Numbered from the stretch's first letter, positions 51,696 through 61,996 are shown. The stretch is DNA of 64,000 nucleotides from Candidatus Bathyarchaeia archaeon (GCA_038880555.1 JAVZRN010000002.1:223264-287263), one strand, 5' to 3'. Notes: a model not told the origin generated them from the sequence alone. Made by a program: numbers and translations.

Positions 51696-53174
51696 ATGCA
51701 AAACACACTTTTATTAACAATAATTTTGCCCGCATTGGCTGTTCCATTCGTTTATTTTTTAGGCAAAAAATCTCCTAAAAGTGCAGCCTTCCTAATAGCC
51801 TTACTATGCCTAATCAACATCGCAATTTTCTCTACAACTGTACCGACAATCCTAAACGGCGCAAACCACAAGTATATCGAATCTTACTACTGGATTCCGG
51901 TTCTCCACGCTTCACTCACACTTTTTGTTGATGGAATAAGCCTCTCAATGGCAATCATAACTCTAATACTCATTTTGACAGCGGCGCTCTTCTCAATAAA
52001 TTACATGCAAGAGAAGAAGGGACTAGCTGAATACTACACTCTCTTGACAATGCTCTCAATAGGACTCGTCGGCGTCTTCATAACATCAAACCTCATGCTA
52101 TTTTACTTCTGCTGGGAACTAATGCTTCTACCATCATACTTCATAATAGGCGGATGGGGCTACAGAGAACCATACAAAGCAGCCTTCAAATTCTTCATAT
52201 TCACCCACGCGGGTGCAGTCTTCGTCTTATTGGGCATAGGCGCAATATTCATGGTCACAGGCGACTTGGACATGTTCCAGGCGCAAACTGCGCTAATGAC
52301 AGCTAATCCAGAACTCGCCAAATGGATATTGCTATCTTTAACAGTTGGTTTCGCAGTTAAGATGGCTGCGGTTCCAGTTCACATGTGGTTGCCCGACGCA
52401 CATTCCGAGGCACCTGCACCCATGTCTGCATTATTAAGCGGCGTAATAATCAGCGCTGGTGCTTACGCAATACTACGTGTATCTCTAGGGACAGTTTTTC
52501 CAGCAGTTATGGCAACAGGTTTTGGAAACATGTTCCTACATGGATTAACTACTTTTGGAATAATATCAGCCTTTTTCGGCTCCTTAATCGCCTTGGTGGA
52601 AACTGACATAAAACGGATAATCGCCTATTCTAGCATAGCCCACATGGGCTATGTTCTCTTTGGGCTTTCACTCTTTCCATTCCAAGAACCCGTCACAGGT
52701 ACAGTCTTACACCTTGTGAATCATGCTGTAAGTAAAGGCTTATTCTTTTTGTCGGCGGGCGCTGTTATGAAACAGCTTGAGGTTCGCGATATACGTGAAA
52801 TGGGCGGGCTTGCGGGAAAAATGCCAATTACAGCTACGGTTTCTACAATAGCAGCGTTAAGTATTGCGGGAATACCACCATTTGCATGTTTTATGAGCGA
52901 ATTTTTGATATTTGTTGGAGCATTTCAAACAATCAAAATTGACAACTTTTATCTCATTCCAACAGCACTGATGCTTGTAGCCACAGTTTTGTCTCTAGCC
53001 TACGCTTTAAGATTTTTAAGCCACGTCTTCCTTGGCGAAACAAAACACGAAAAAATTTCCGATGCTCCCCTCTATATGAAGTTAGCCATGATTATTCTAG
53101 CTGTGCTCACAGTTATCCTTGGAGTATGGCCCACGTTCTTCATACAACTAATCTCAAGCGTAAGCTTTGTCTAG
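51696..53174 (+). CDS. NuoM-like antiporter subunit
   Basis: FYFCWELMLLPSYFIIG, FAVKMAAVPVHMWLPDAHSEAP. Confidence 0.85.
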   Translation: MQNTLLLTIILPALAVPFVYFLGKKSPKSAAFLIALLCLINIAIFSTTVPTILNGANHKYIESYYWIPVLHASLTLFVDGISLSMAIITLILILTAALFSINYMQEKKGLAEYYTLLTMLSIGLVGVFITSNLMLFYFCWELMLLPSYFIIGGWGYREPYKAAFKFFIFTHAGAVFVLLGIGAIFMVTGDLDMFQAQTALMTANPELAKWILLSLTVGFAVKMAAVPVHMWLPDAHSEAPAPMSALLSGVIISAGAYAILRVSLGTVFPAVMATGFGNMFLHGLTTFGIISAFFGSLIALVETDIKRIIAYSSIAHMGYVLFGLSLFPFQEPVTGTVLHLVNHAVSKGLFFLSAGAVMKQLEVRDIREMGGLAGKMPITATVSTIAALSIAGIPPFACFMSEFLIFVGAFQTIKIDNFYLIPTALMLVATVLSLAYALRFLSHVFLGETKHEKISDAPLYMKLAMIILAVLTVILGVWPTFFIQLISSVSFV

Positions 53175-53186
53175 TGAGGAACGCAG

Positions 53187-54683
53187 ATGATAGAGCTTTT
53201 GGATGCATCTTTACCAATAATCGCCTTCGTTTTGTTTTCTCTTTTAACGATTCCGGTTGTTAAAATTACTCGTAAAAAAGGAAGCGCGAAAAATGTTTTG
53301 ATTCTTTGTTGGTTCTTAACAATTTTCGTTATTGCCGGTCTGACTGTGGCGAACCTTGCACTGAAATATTATGCTGAACCATCCCCTCAGCCTTTTATAA
53401 ACCTGTCACTAATTGAAGGTTCTTCAACTATTTTCTCCAGCATGTTTTTGGTGGATGCGGTGTCAGTTTACATGGCGATAATTTTCACGGGCGTAGGCGC
53501 AGTTGTTACCGTATACAGCCTCTTTTTCATAGATTCTGATGAGGGGTTTTCAGAACGCTATTACGCTGTTATGTTGATGATTATTGGCTGCGTTATAGGA
53601 ACAGCCCTTGCTGGTGATTTATTAACGCTCTTCATTTTTTGGGAAGCAGCAGCCGCCGGCTCAAGCTTCTTAATGCTATACCAAAAAACAACAAAGTCAC
53701 TGCATGCCACGCTAAAGTATCTGACCATGATAATAATAGCTTCAGCTTTCATAATTTATGGACTTTCAGTGATTTACGCCCTTACAGGTTCGCTTAATTT
53801 TTGGGAGGTAAAACATGCATTGGCTTCTCTTGCGGATAAGCACTTAATCGAGATAGCATTTATTTTTATTGCAGCAGGCTACTCGATAGAAGCAGCTGTT
53901 GTGCCATTCCACATGTGGCTTCCAGACGCTTACACGGCAGCCCCAGCCCCTTCCTCAGCGTTTCTATCGGCGCTTGTTGATCAAGCAAGCTACTATGTAC
54001 TGCTTAGGGTGCTAATTTACATTTTAACGCCTCCAACAGTTCTGCCATGGACGTTTATGTTTGCAGTTCTCTCAGCATTAACTATGATTGTGGGCAACTT
54101 GCTTGCACTGACGGAAAAAAACGTTAAACGTTTAATAGCGTATATTTGCATTGCAGACGTAGGCTACAATCTTGTGGCAATAACAAGCGTGACATCACTC
54201 GGCATAATGGGGAACCTCTACTTTTTCCTTGCTGGTGGAATAACAACAGCCCTTGCATTTATGATCGTTGGAATCTTCAACAGCATGGGATTTAAAAACT
54301 TAGAGGATTTTTCTGGAGTAGGTAAAAGAATGCCGCTTACGAGTTTAGCCCTAATTTTAGCTGCTTTCTCATTCGCCGGAGTCCCGGTGTTTGCTGGTTT
54401 TATAGCAAAATACTTAGTGTTCACATCTGCCATAGGGGCAAACATGAGTTGGCTAGCCGTCATAGGTGTCTTGACCAGCGTAATCCAAGCTGCTTACTTG
54501 TTAAGGCTAATTAATTACATGTATGCTAAAAAACCAAAAGAGGAAAGCAAGGTCAAAGAACCAAAAAAGCTGCTTATACCAATTTTCATTCTTGCCGTTT
54601 CAATAGTTGTTTTAGGCATTTACCCAAATATAGTTTTAAATCTTATAGAGCCGGTCATAAAGCAATTACAGTTTATGCCCTAA
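53187..54683 (+). CDS. NuoN-like antiporter subunit
   Basis: LFIFWEAAAAGSSFLM, AGYSIEAAVVPFHMWLPDAYTAAP. Confidence 0.8.
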   Translation: MIELLDASLPIIAFVLFSLLTIPVVKITRKKGSAKNVLILCWFLTIFVIAGLTVANLALKYYAEPSPQPFINLSLIEGSSTIFSSMFLVDAVSVYMAIIFTGVGAVVTVYSLFFIDSDEGFSERYYAVMLMIIGCVIGTALAGDLLTLFIFWEAAAAGSSFLMLYQKTTKSLHATLKYLTMIIIASAFIIYGLSVIYALTGSLNFWEVKHALASLADKHLIEIAFIFIAAGYSIEAAVVPFHMWLPDAYTAAPAPSSAFLSALVDQASYYVLLRVLIYILTPPTVLPWTFMFAVLSALTMIVGNLLALTEKNVKRLIAYICIADVGYNLVAITSVTSLGIMGNLYFFLAGGITTALAFMIVGIFNSMGFKNLEDFSGVGKRMPLTSLALILAAFSFAGVPVFAGFIAKYLVFTSAIGANMSWLAVIGVLTSVIQAAYLLRLINYMYAKKPKEESKVKEPKKLLIPIFILAVSIVVLGIYPNIVLNLIEPVIKQLQFMP

Positions 54684-54739
54684 AATTTAGATTCGTATTT
54701 AAGCAAAGATTTCCTAATACAATTATGAAGGGTTAGGCC

Positions 54740-56269
54740 GTGCAGCCAAAGAACCATAAACTCATAGCGTTTAACGATTTGGAACGCATGATAATACAGC
54801 AGGGTTTTTGCACAGTATGCGGCGCATGCGAAGCTGCATGCCCTATCCATGCAATAAAAGTGGAACACGAAAAACCCCAGAGACTTTACGATTGCTCTGA
54901 ACATATAGATACATGCCCAATTTGCTACGACATTTGCCCCCATACTGACGCACTTATCTATGAAGCATTAAGGTTTGTTGCTGACGCACCGAAAAGAAGA
55001 GAAAACTTGGGTTACTACAGAGAAATTCTGCTTGCGCAGGCCGCTAATCCAAGCATAAGAGCTGCAACAAAAAGTGGAGGAGTCGTAAACGCGCTTCTTA
55101 ATTTTGCCATCAGTGAAAAGATAATTGATGGCGCCATAACTTCAAAAGCATCACCTGCAACATCCTTAAAGGCTAAGCCTTCCATAAGTCTTGCGCCGGA
55201 CGATATGCTCTCCGCTGTCGGCTCTAAAATTGTGCCTTCAGCCGTTGCACAAGCTTATGGACGTGCGGTTTTTGAACATGGCAAAACACATATAGCCTTC
55301 GTGGGCATACCATGCCACGTTCTCGGACTTCGAAAACTTGAAGCATGGCAACATAAAATTATAGATGGTTTAGAGATAATTATAGGGCTTTTTTGTCTAT
55401 GGGGTTTTTCATTAAGCACAGTGCTGGAATTTCTCTTAGATGAGTACCATATTGCTGTTAATGAAATTCAAAGTGTCGATTTGTCTGCAGATGCATACAT
55501 TGTAAACATGGAAAATCGTCAAATTCGAGTCCCCATCTCCAAAGTTAAATCTCATATCCTAAACCGTTGCAAAACATGTGTAGACTTCACCTCAGAATAC
55601 GCTGATTTAAGCATTGGCGGGGCAAGCCCATTAAAAGAATGGTCAATTGTAATTATCAGAACTAGAAAAGGTGAAGAGTTCTTTAACAAAGCTTTAACCA
55701 GCGGCATCATAATAACTAAGAATGTAGAAGAGGAACCACAAGCATTAGCTCACCTAATTCAATTGGCAGCACACAAAAGAAAAAGCGCGTTGCAAGAAAT
55801 GAAAACTATGAGAGAAAGAGGAGTATACGTTCCAGCAACCGCGGAACTCTTTGTTAGACCCAGACCAAGCGAATTCAGCCTCTTAGAAAGGGTTAACGTG
55901 GAACAAATTATGACAAAAAACGTGGTAACGTTGCCTCCAACCCTAACTATCAGCCAGTTTTTCAAAAAAATAGCTGAACATCACCATATAGGTTTTCCGG
56001 TAATAAACGAATCAGGCAAAATCATAGGAATAGTCACACTGCAAGATGCAATGAAAATTCCAGAAGAAAAGCGAAACAACGTTTCTATAGGTGAAATCTA
56101 CACAAAGAAACTGATAACAATTTACCCCGACAACTCTGTAGCCGAAGCCCTCGAAAAAATGGATAAACATAACGTTGGCAGACTTCTAGTGTTTGACAAA
56201 AATGACAAATTAGTAGGAATATTAACGAGAAGTGACATAATGCACTTAATAAGGAAAACCTTATATTAA
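54740..56269 (+). CDS. FrhB/FpoF-family (F420-hydrogenase beta-like) iron-sulfur flavoprotein fused to a C-terminal CBS pair
   Basis: CTVCGACEAACP...CPICYDICP ferredoxin motifs, an FrhB-like core (VGIPCHVLGLRKL, CKTCVDFTSEYADLSIGG), and two CBS units (IMTKNVVTLPP..., ITIYPDNSVAEALEKM...). Confidence 0.75.
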   Translation: MQPKNHKLIAFNDLERMIIQQGFCTVCGACEAACPIHAIKVEHEKPQRLYDCSEHIDTCPICYDICPHTDALIYEALRFVADAPKRRENLGYYREILLAQAANPSIRAATKSGGVVNALLNFAISEKIIDGAITSKASPATSLKAKPSISLAPDDMLSAVGSKIVPSAVAQAYGRAVFEHGKTHIAFVGIPCHVLGLRKLEAWQHKIIDGLEIIIGLFCLWGFSLSTVLEFLLDEYHIAVNEIQSVDLSADAYIVNMENRQIRVPISKVKSHILNRCKTCVDFTSEYADLSIGGASPLKEWSIVIIRTRKGEEFFNKALTSGIIITKNVEEEPQALAHLIQLAAHKRKSALQEMKTMRERGVYVPATAELFVRPRPSEFSLLERVNVEQIMTKNVVTLPPTLTISQFFKKIAEHHHIGFPVINESGKIIGIVTLQDAMKIPEEKRNNVSIGEIYTKKLITIYPDNSVAEALEKMDKHNVGRLLVFDKNDKLVGILTRSDIMHLIRKTLY

Positions 56270-56666
56270 GGCATTTCTAACTGGCTTATAAAAGGAATGC
56301 CAAATGAATATAGCCTTACTCGCCTACACTTGCACATCAACTTTCATCTATATAGCTTTGCTGATCTGGTGGCTTTATAGGTATAACCGCACTAGTCGCG
56401 ATATTAATATGGTTCGGGAAGAAATAGAACAGACATTGAAGACTATTAAATTAGCAACAGTCAACAAGAAGACATAAACTGTAAGAATAATACCAGCTAA
56501 ACATAATTTAAAAACCAGCTGGCCATGACATTTTACTAAGCAGGAAGGTATCCTTTAGTTCTCTTACATTTCTAATGTTTGGCGGGCTCTTAAGATTCCA
56601 TATACTTTTAATTCTCTTAAAAGTTTCTTTTTATGCCAATTTCTCTAATATTTCTGTTAACAGCGA

Positions 56667-57321
56667 CTAACGGAAACATTTGCTTCGAAAGTTATGCTTT
56701 TTTCTACCTAAGCGTTGATATCGTTGTAAAAAACGAGTTTTGGCTAGGGAAGTAGCGAGATCACTGGCAATCACCCGAGATCTCTTTTCCGAATAATATA
56801 CTTTGATTAACGGAAAAGGTAACAACATGCCAATTAGTAAAGAAAGTGGAGAGGGCTTGGGAAAAATCGTATTTTGCACGATTAAAGTTGCTGCGGAGAA
56901 ATAAATTGATACGACCCCTACTTCTTCTAGCATTTTGAATAAGACCTTCCTTTTCGGAGGCTCCAGCCAGCACCAGTGGCAGTTTAACATTTTCGAAAGC
57001 TGTTAATCTGGGCAGCAAGTTGAAAAACTGAAAAACAAAACCTATCTTTTTGAGGCGAAGGTCGGCTAATTCGTCATCACTTAGTTTAAGGACGTTTCTC
57101 CCCTCAATTATAATTTCTCCCTCATCAGGCCGATCCAAACATCCAATAAGATGCAAAAGAGTAGATTTCCCACTGCCAGAAGGACCTAAAACGGCCAGAA
57201 ACTCACCCTCCTCAACACAGAAACTGACGCCTCTCAAAGCTTGAACGGTAACCTTACCAATGCGATAACTCTTTTTAACCTCACATACATCAAGAATCAC
57301 CGCCAAACAAACCCCTTCCAA
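56667..57321 (-). pseudogene. Decayed MacB/LolD-type ABC ATPase
   Basis: The N-terminal half is intact ([20 protein letters not shown]). After ASEKEG the homology continues in another frame, with the signature degraded (FSAAT for LSGGQ) and no DEPT Walker B. Confidence 0.6.
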
Positions 57322-57418
57322 GAATAATCCATAAAAGAAACATAATCACTATTAAAAATTGCTGCTGCATATGCAGCTCATTCAACTAAAGAAGATATGG
57401 AGATGCCTTGGTGATTGT

Positions 57419-58048
57419 ATGGACCTTACAGGTTTCTATGGGCTTGTAAGCTCATTGGGCTTTATTGGAATATTTGTGTTCACGTTTGTTGTTAGTTTAG
57501 TCCCATTTGCTTCGCCGTCAAATGCTCTAGAGGCAATGCTCATTGCCATAAGTTTTCCAGAGATGGATAGGTTGGCTATAGGATTAGCTGTTGCAATCGG
57601 TGCAACATCAGCTAAAACAGTGCACTTCGTAGCCTCTTACGGCTTAGGCAGAATCGTTGATAGAAAAAGACGCGTGAAAAGAAACATAGGAAAGTATGGC
57701 AGGTTAGCCATGTATGTTATGAACATTGTTGCGGCTGCAACGCCAATACCTGACGAATGGGTTGTTATACCTATGGGGTTAAGCGGAGCAAACGTCGTAT
57801 GGTTCGCCATAACTTACTTTATAGGTAAACTGGTGATAACTGTGCCCTCAGCATTCATAGGCTATGCGATAGCCCCCTTCGCCGCGGAGGCTTTTGGGAG
57901 AAACACGTGGATATTTTCAGCGACTGTAGGCATTGTTGTAACGGCAATCTTCATACTGGTGGATGTTGAAAAGGCAACATTGAAAATGCTTAGAAAACTG
58001 GGGATAATTCATGAAGAACAATTAAAGCAGCGAGAAAACAAGAGCTAA
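57419..58048 (+). CDS. Polytopic membrane protein (DedA/VTT-like)
   Basis: 5-6 TM. The PIPDEWVVIPMGL loop resembles DedA-family re-entrant motifs. Confidence 0.4.
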   Translation: MDLTGFYGLVSSLGFIGIFVFTFVVSLVPFASPSNALEAMLIAISFPEMDRLAIGLAVAIGATSAKTVHFVASYGLGRIVDRKRRVKRNIGKYGRLAMYVMNIVAAATPIPDEWVVIPMGLSGANVVWFAITYFIGKLVITVPSAFIGYAIAPFAAEAFGRNTWIFSATVGIVVTAIFILVDVEKATLKMLRKLGIIHEEQLKQRENKS

Positions 58049-58150
58049 CGGTAAAACGACGGCTCTTACAGAAAAGAATTTTGCGATAGGCTTATTATTG
58101 GGTAAGATTGATCCTATCATTAGTCTTGCTTAATCCGCCTAACCTAGGAA

Positions 58151-58907
58151 GTGGTTTATTTGGTTTCCAACATTTTAAATTTGGTTTTCTGGGCTGCAGT
58201 CACCTTTGTGACGCCTCTTACGATAGCGCTACTTCCATTATTTAAGGTCCAGATAAATGAGCGTGTACTGCATCTGATGTTGGGATTCAGCGCTGGCATA
58301 CTGGGGGCTGTTACGTTCGTAGACATACTTCCTGAAGCGTTTGATGCTGCGAGGGAAATGTCGTTGCCCTCGGCTTCTTCATCCTACTTTTTGTTGAGAG
58401 ATATCTTTTGGCCACGGAGGAGATTCATGGTGGCCACTTTCACATACACGGCAAACCGATTGATCCAAACATGGCCTCATGGGTGTGAGCGCTCTAACGT
58501 TTCACGGTTTTATGGATGGTTTCGTAATTCCAGTGAGCTTCTCAGCAGGGATCGAGGTCGGAACTATCATCACGTTTGCAATTGCGATACATCAGATTCC
58601 AGATTCTTTCGCCGCCCTCTCACTAGCCCTGAGTTCAATGGAAAGCAAGAAGCAAGCGATTCTTTCTGTTCTTGCTACGGCAGTCGACACGCCACTTGGA
58701 ATCTTTGCGAGTCTCTTTTTAATAAATTTGGGCAACATCCTGATCCCGCTAGGTTTAGGACTCAGCGCCGGAACTTTCATCTATGTTTCAGCCGTTGATC
58801 TTGTCCCTGAACTTCAACATAAGTCTAGAAGCCTACTAGTCGTCGCGTCCATGATCATGGGATTCCTACTCGTTGTAGCTCTTTCATTGCTTCTGCCTCA
58901 CATATAG
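58151..58907 (+). pseudogene. ZIP-family (ZupT-like) metal transporter with two frameshifts
   Basis: Homology runs in frame 2 (LGFSAGILGAVTFVDILPEAF), then frame 1 from about 58360 (ALGFFILLFVERYL...HGGHFHIHG), then frame 0 from about 58479 (LTFHGFMDGF...IAIHQIPDSFA...). Confidence 0.7.
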
Positions 58908-58962
58908 AACGGTAGTTTCTGCAATTCTAAACTTTTCTGAAAAAGAAGTGAAAACGGGGGTG

Positions 58963-60108
58963 TTAAGGCAAAGTTGCTGTAACAGTGTAGGATTGGAATC
59001 CTTCACCCATTAATCTTATCGTGTATTCGTTGCCAATTATTGGAGTTATGGTAAACAGTGGATATTTATCATGCTTCCAGCATGTGTAGAGTGCAATAAC
59101 GCCTGTGAAATTCAACTTGACAGTTTCTCCGGGTTCTATGGTTAATGACGAAAACCGCTTGAAATGTTTACCTTTCCCTAGGAAGTTTCCGTAAAGCGGA
59201 ATTAGTGATGTATCGTTCACTTTGAAAGGAATGGTTTGAGGGAAAACCCCTGTCTTGCACCTACACTGACAACTATGCCCAAAACCATTGAAGCACCATT
59301 TCATCGTTGTGTTAAATATGCCATGTAAAGTAAGCCCGAAAACTCTGAAGGCAATATTTCCTTCATTCTTTAATGTTACCGAAAGACTCGTAACGTTACC
59401 GTCCACTGTGAGCGAAGCCGAAACAATTGTGAGGTTTCTTGAAAAGTCCTCTGTGACACGCACAAGTCGTACTTTATTGTTTTCGCCAATCTCGATAATA
59501 GTTCCAACTTTAAGATGGGCTGCAGTTAACTCATGTACAATGATAGCCTTTGCGCTTGGTACGAGCACATAATAGTACACTGTTGTATCGTTTTCGTCTA
59601 ACGCTTGTATCTGAACAAGTGTCGGGTTAAAGTCAATTAGCACTCCTAAAAGAGTTTGGTTGATTTCACCATTCAAGATCTTGACGGCAAAAGTGTCGGA
59701 TAGCGAAGTGACATTGTAAGTTTGTTCGTTGATTACTGCCTTGACATTCTCGATATTAAATTTAACTTTGTCCACTGTTGAATTTACTGGTATAGTTATG
59801 GTGGCAAGGGTCTGCGTCATGTTGACGAGCGAAAACAGGTTCACTGTGCCTGAAGCGCCAACCGGAACCCATTCGTCACTGCCATTAGGATAGATAACGT
59901 GGAGCGAGACATCTGTGTAGGTCAAATTGAGTTGAGTTGTTCCCGCAGGAACCGTCGGCGGATCAGTCAGTAAAACAGCAAGTGTAGCTCCTTCGACTTT
60001 TGGAATATAAGGCATGTTGGGCAAGTTTGCAGACAAAGACAAAGCAATAACGCTAACAGCAGCTATTATTGCGGCTGAACCATACTTAAAAGTCCATCTT
60101 CGATGCAT
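58963..60108 (-). CDS. Membrane-anchored secreted protein, DUF4382-like, rich in N-x-S/T sequons
   Basis: N-terminal anchor, then LAVLLTDPPTVP...VSLHV...WVPV...GTVNLFSL, which is typical of DUF4382. Confidence 0.55.
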   Translation of the reverse strand: MHRRWTFKYGSAAIIAAVSVIALSLSANLPNMPYIPKVEGATLAVLLTDPPTVPAGTTQLNLTYTDVSLHVIYPNGSDEWVPVGASGTVNLFSLVNMTQTLATITIPVNSTVDKVKFNIENVKAVINEQTYNVTSLSDTFAVKILNGEINQTLLGVLIDFNPTLVQIQALDENDTTVYYYVLVPSAKAIIVHELTAAHLKVGTIIEIGENNKVRLVRVTEDFSRNLTIVSASLTVDGNVTSLSVTLKNEGNIAFRVFGLTLHGIFNTTMKWCFNGFGHSCQCRCKTGVFPQTIPFKVNDTSLIPLYGNFLGKGKHFKRFSSLTIEPGETVKLNFTGVIALYTCWKHDKYPLFTITPIIGNEYTIRLMGEGFQSYTVTATLP

Positions 60109-60237
60109 ACGCCTTCTTTCCTCCGCATGAGAATAAAATATGGCAAATTTAAAACCTACATTTTTTAAAGTTTTTTAAAAACGTTTGAAAGCTATGTTAA
60201 AAGATCTTGAAACATAGAAGTATGCAAAAGTAACTTG

Positions 60238-60657
60238 TTAAACCGTCAGCCGCCGCCAAAGCCTAATTGTCTCAAACCACAAAACAGCAACCATCGCAAA
60301 GCTTACGCCAATCAAGTAAGGAACAAAATTTAACCCGCTCCAAGTTGCAGCCGAGAAGAAAACGACAAGAATGGTGAAGAATAAAGAGAAGAAAAACAGC
60401 TGCGGCACTACAGCAGGTCCAATTTTCGAGTAGCCTTCAAGAATCCTTTCAGACGCCTCCTTAATCGCATAATACCTCCCATACTCATCTTGACCAGCTA
60501 ACCCAAATTCCAAAAGTTTACCTAAATGATATGAAGCAAGCGACGCTGAAGAAAAGTCAAGCCCACGCTGAACATCTCTAAGTTCACATGGCCCATGCTT
60601 AAGCAAATACAAGTAAACCTTCAACGTTTTGCCTCTAATTTCCCTATTAGCTGACAT
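60238..60657 (-). CDS. Winged-helix domain fused to two C-terminal TM helices
   Basis: KVYLYLLKHGPCELRDVQRGLDFSSASLASYHLGKL followed by hydrophobic helices. The ATG at 60681 is an alternative start. Confidence 0.5.
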   Translation of the reverse strand: MSANREIRGKTLKVYLYLLKHGPCELRDVQRGLDFSSASLASYHLGKLLEFGLAGQDEYGRYYAIKEASERILEGYSKIGPAVVPQLFFFSLFFTILVVFFSAATWSGLNFVPYLIGVSFAMVAVLWFETIRLWRRLTV

Positions 60658-60963
60658 TTCAAAGAACAAAAGTGCAATCATATTACTTAATTTTACGATT
60701 CAACCAAAAACTACCGCCTCGAAAACAAAAATCACAATATTTCGCTCACTAAATTTCTATAAAACTTTCCCTTTGTGATAGCATTAAACCCTACTATATC
60801 AAAGAAAAAGTGGCTGATTAAAATCTTAAAGCTTAGGTTGTCATGCAAGAGAAGTAAATTCACAAATCACGCTGGGCTCTTTATTCTGGGAACCACAGAC
60901 TCATAGACCCTAACGGAAATAATTATCGAGAAGCTCGATAGGGTGTATCAAAGCATTTTAGGG

Positions 60964-61419
60964 TTAGTATTTAATGCTTAAGTATAGTAGGATGATTAAG
61001 GCTGCGAAGGTGAATAGGTCTGGCATTAATGCGAAGGGTCCCAAGCCGAATAGTCTGAAGCCGAAAGCCCTTATTACTATTGGATTTGAGGTCAACGCGT
61101 AAAGAAGAAGTATAACTGAAAAAATTATCAGGCCTATTGTGAATTCTGAGCGGGTTTTTCTGTATATGTCGATATACACAAATACTAGAAAGATTAGGAT
61201 GATCACGTTTATTGTGGAGATGACTGTTTTGGCTATATAGAAAAATTCTATGTCCCATGGAATTTCGTATGGAGGGAATTCCGGCGGTTGCCATGGGCGT
61301 CTTGGATACCAGAATGTTGAAGTTGCCCATATGGCGGCTAATATAGCGGCAACTAACAAAATTGGTAAAAGTGTCAGCAGTAGCCAAGTTCTCGGGTTTC
61401 GGTTCATTTCACGTTCCAT
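60964..61419 (-). CDS. Four-TM membrane protein
   Basis: Hydrophobic pattern only. It lies 19 nt downstream of the ArsR-like gene. Confidence 0.45.
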   Translation of the reverse strand: MEREMNRNPRTWLLLTLLPILLVAAILAAIWATSTFWYPRRPWQPPEFPPYEIPWDIEFFYIAKTVISTINVIILIFLVFVYIDIYRKTRSEFTIGLIIFSVILLLYALTSNPIVIRAFGFRLFGLGPFALMPDLFTFAALIILLYLSIKY

Positions 61420-61438
61420 TTTTGCTTCGCCTCCTTTT

Positions 61439-61741
61439 CTACTTTTTCCAAATTTTCTTCACAATTTCCTCAAACAAGGCGTAGTTTTCCTCCATGATTG
61501 GGGATAGGAAATAGGTTTTCCCATATTCTTCACCAGCAGATACTATTATCCTGTTTTTCTCGAGAACTTCAAGATGATGCCTTATAGTTCTGTAATCCAT
61601 TTTAAGCATATTTGCCAACTGATTCGCATTCTGCGGAGTCTCCCTCAAGGCTTGGATTATCTTTGCCCGCGTTAAGCCCCCTCTAGTTCCAGCTATCAAC
61701 CAGCCAAGCAAATATTTGAGGGGGCGAGTGCTAGCAGACAT
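61439..61741 (-). CDS. ArsR/SmtB-family wHTH regulator
   Basis: RAKIIQALRETPQNANQLANMLKMDYRTIRHHLEVLEKNRII. Confidence 0.75.
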   Translation of the reverse strand: MSASTRPLKYLLGWLIAGTRGGLTRAKIIQALRETPQNANQLANMLKMDYRTIRHHLEVLEKNRIIVSAGEEYGKTYFLSPIMEENYALFEEIVKKIWKK

Positions 61742-61866
61742 TTGAGCAACTCCTAAACGACTACCTTGTTTCCATTCGATTTAATGGGTTATAGGTGTTT
61801 TGTTAGCCATTTAAAAGATAAAGATTGAGATGTGATCGCTAGAAAACCTTGGAAACTTCATGTGCC

Positions 61867-61904
61867 AATTAGGGCGAGATTTTGGTTTAATTCTGAAAAA
61901 TCCT
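61867..61904 (+). promoter_or_regulatory. Conserved 38-bp upstream element, copy A
   Basis: aattagggcgagattttggtttaattctgaaaaatcct is identical at 33/38 positions to 62553..62590. An ATG lies exactly 10 nt downstream. Confidence 0.6.
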
Positions 61905-61996
61905 TTAATAAACTATGGATGAGCGTTCTGTTGGTGCGCGCACCACAATGAAATGGAGGTGATTGGAAAATAGACAAGAGGAAAGCCGTAATTGCG

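Noticed and set aside
56304-56477. 57-codon ORF (MNIALLAYTCTSTFIYIALLIWWLYRYN...) downstream of the FrhB-CBS gene
   Set aside because: It is a plausible single-TM micro-protein, but it has no RBS or motif support and lies in AT-rich DNA where short ORFs arise by chance.
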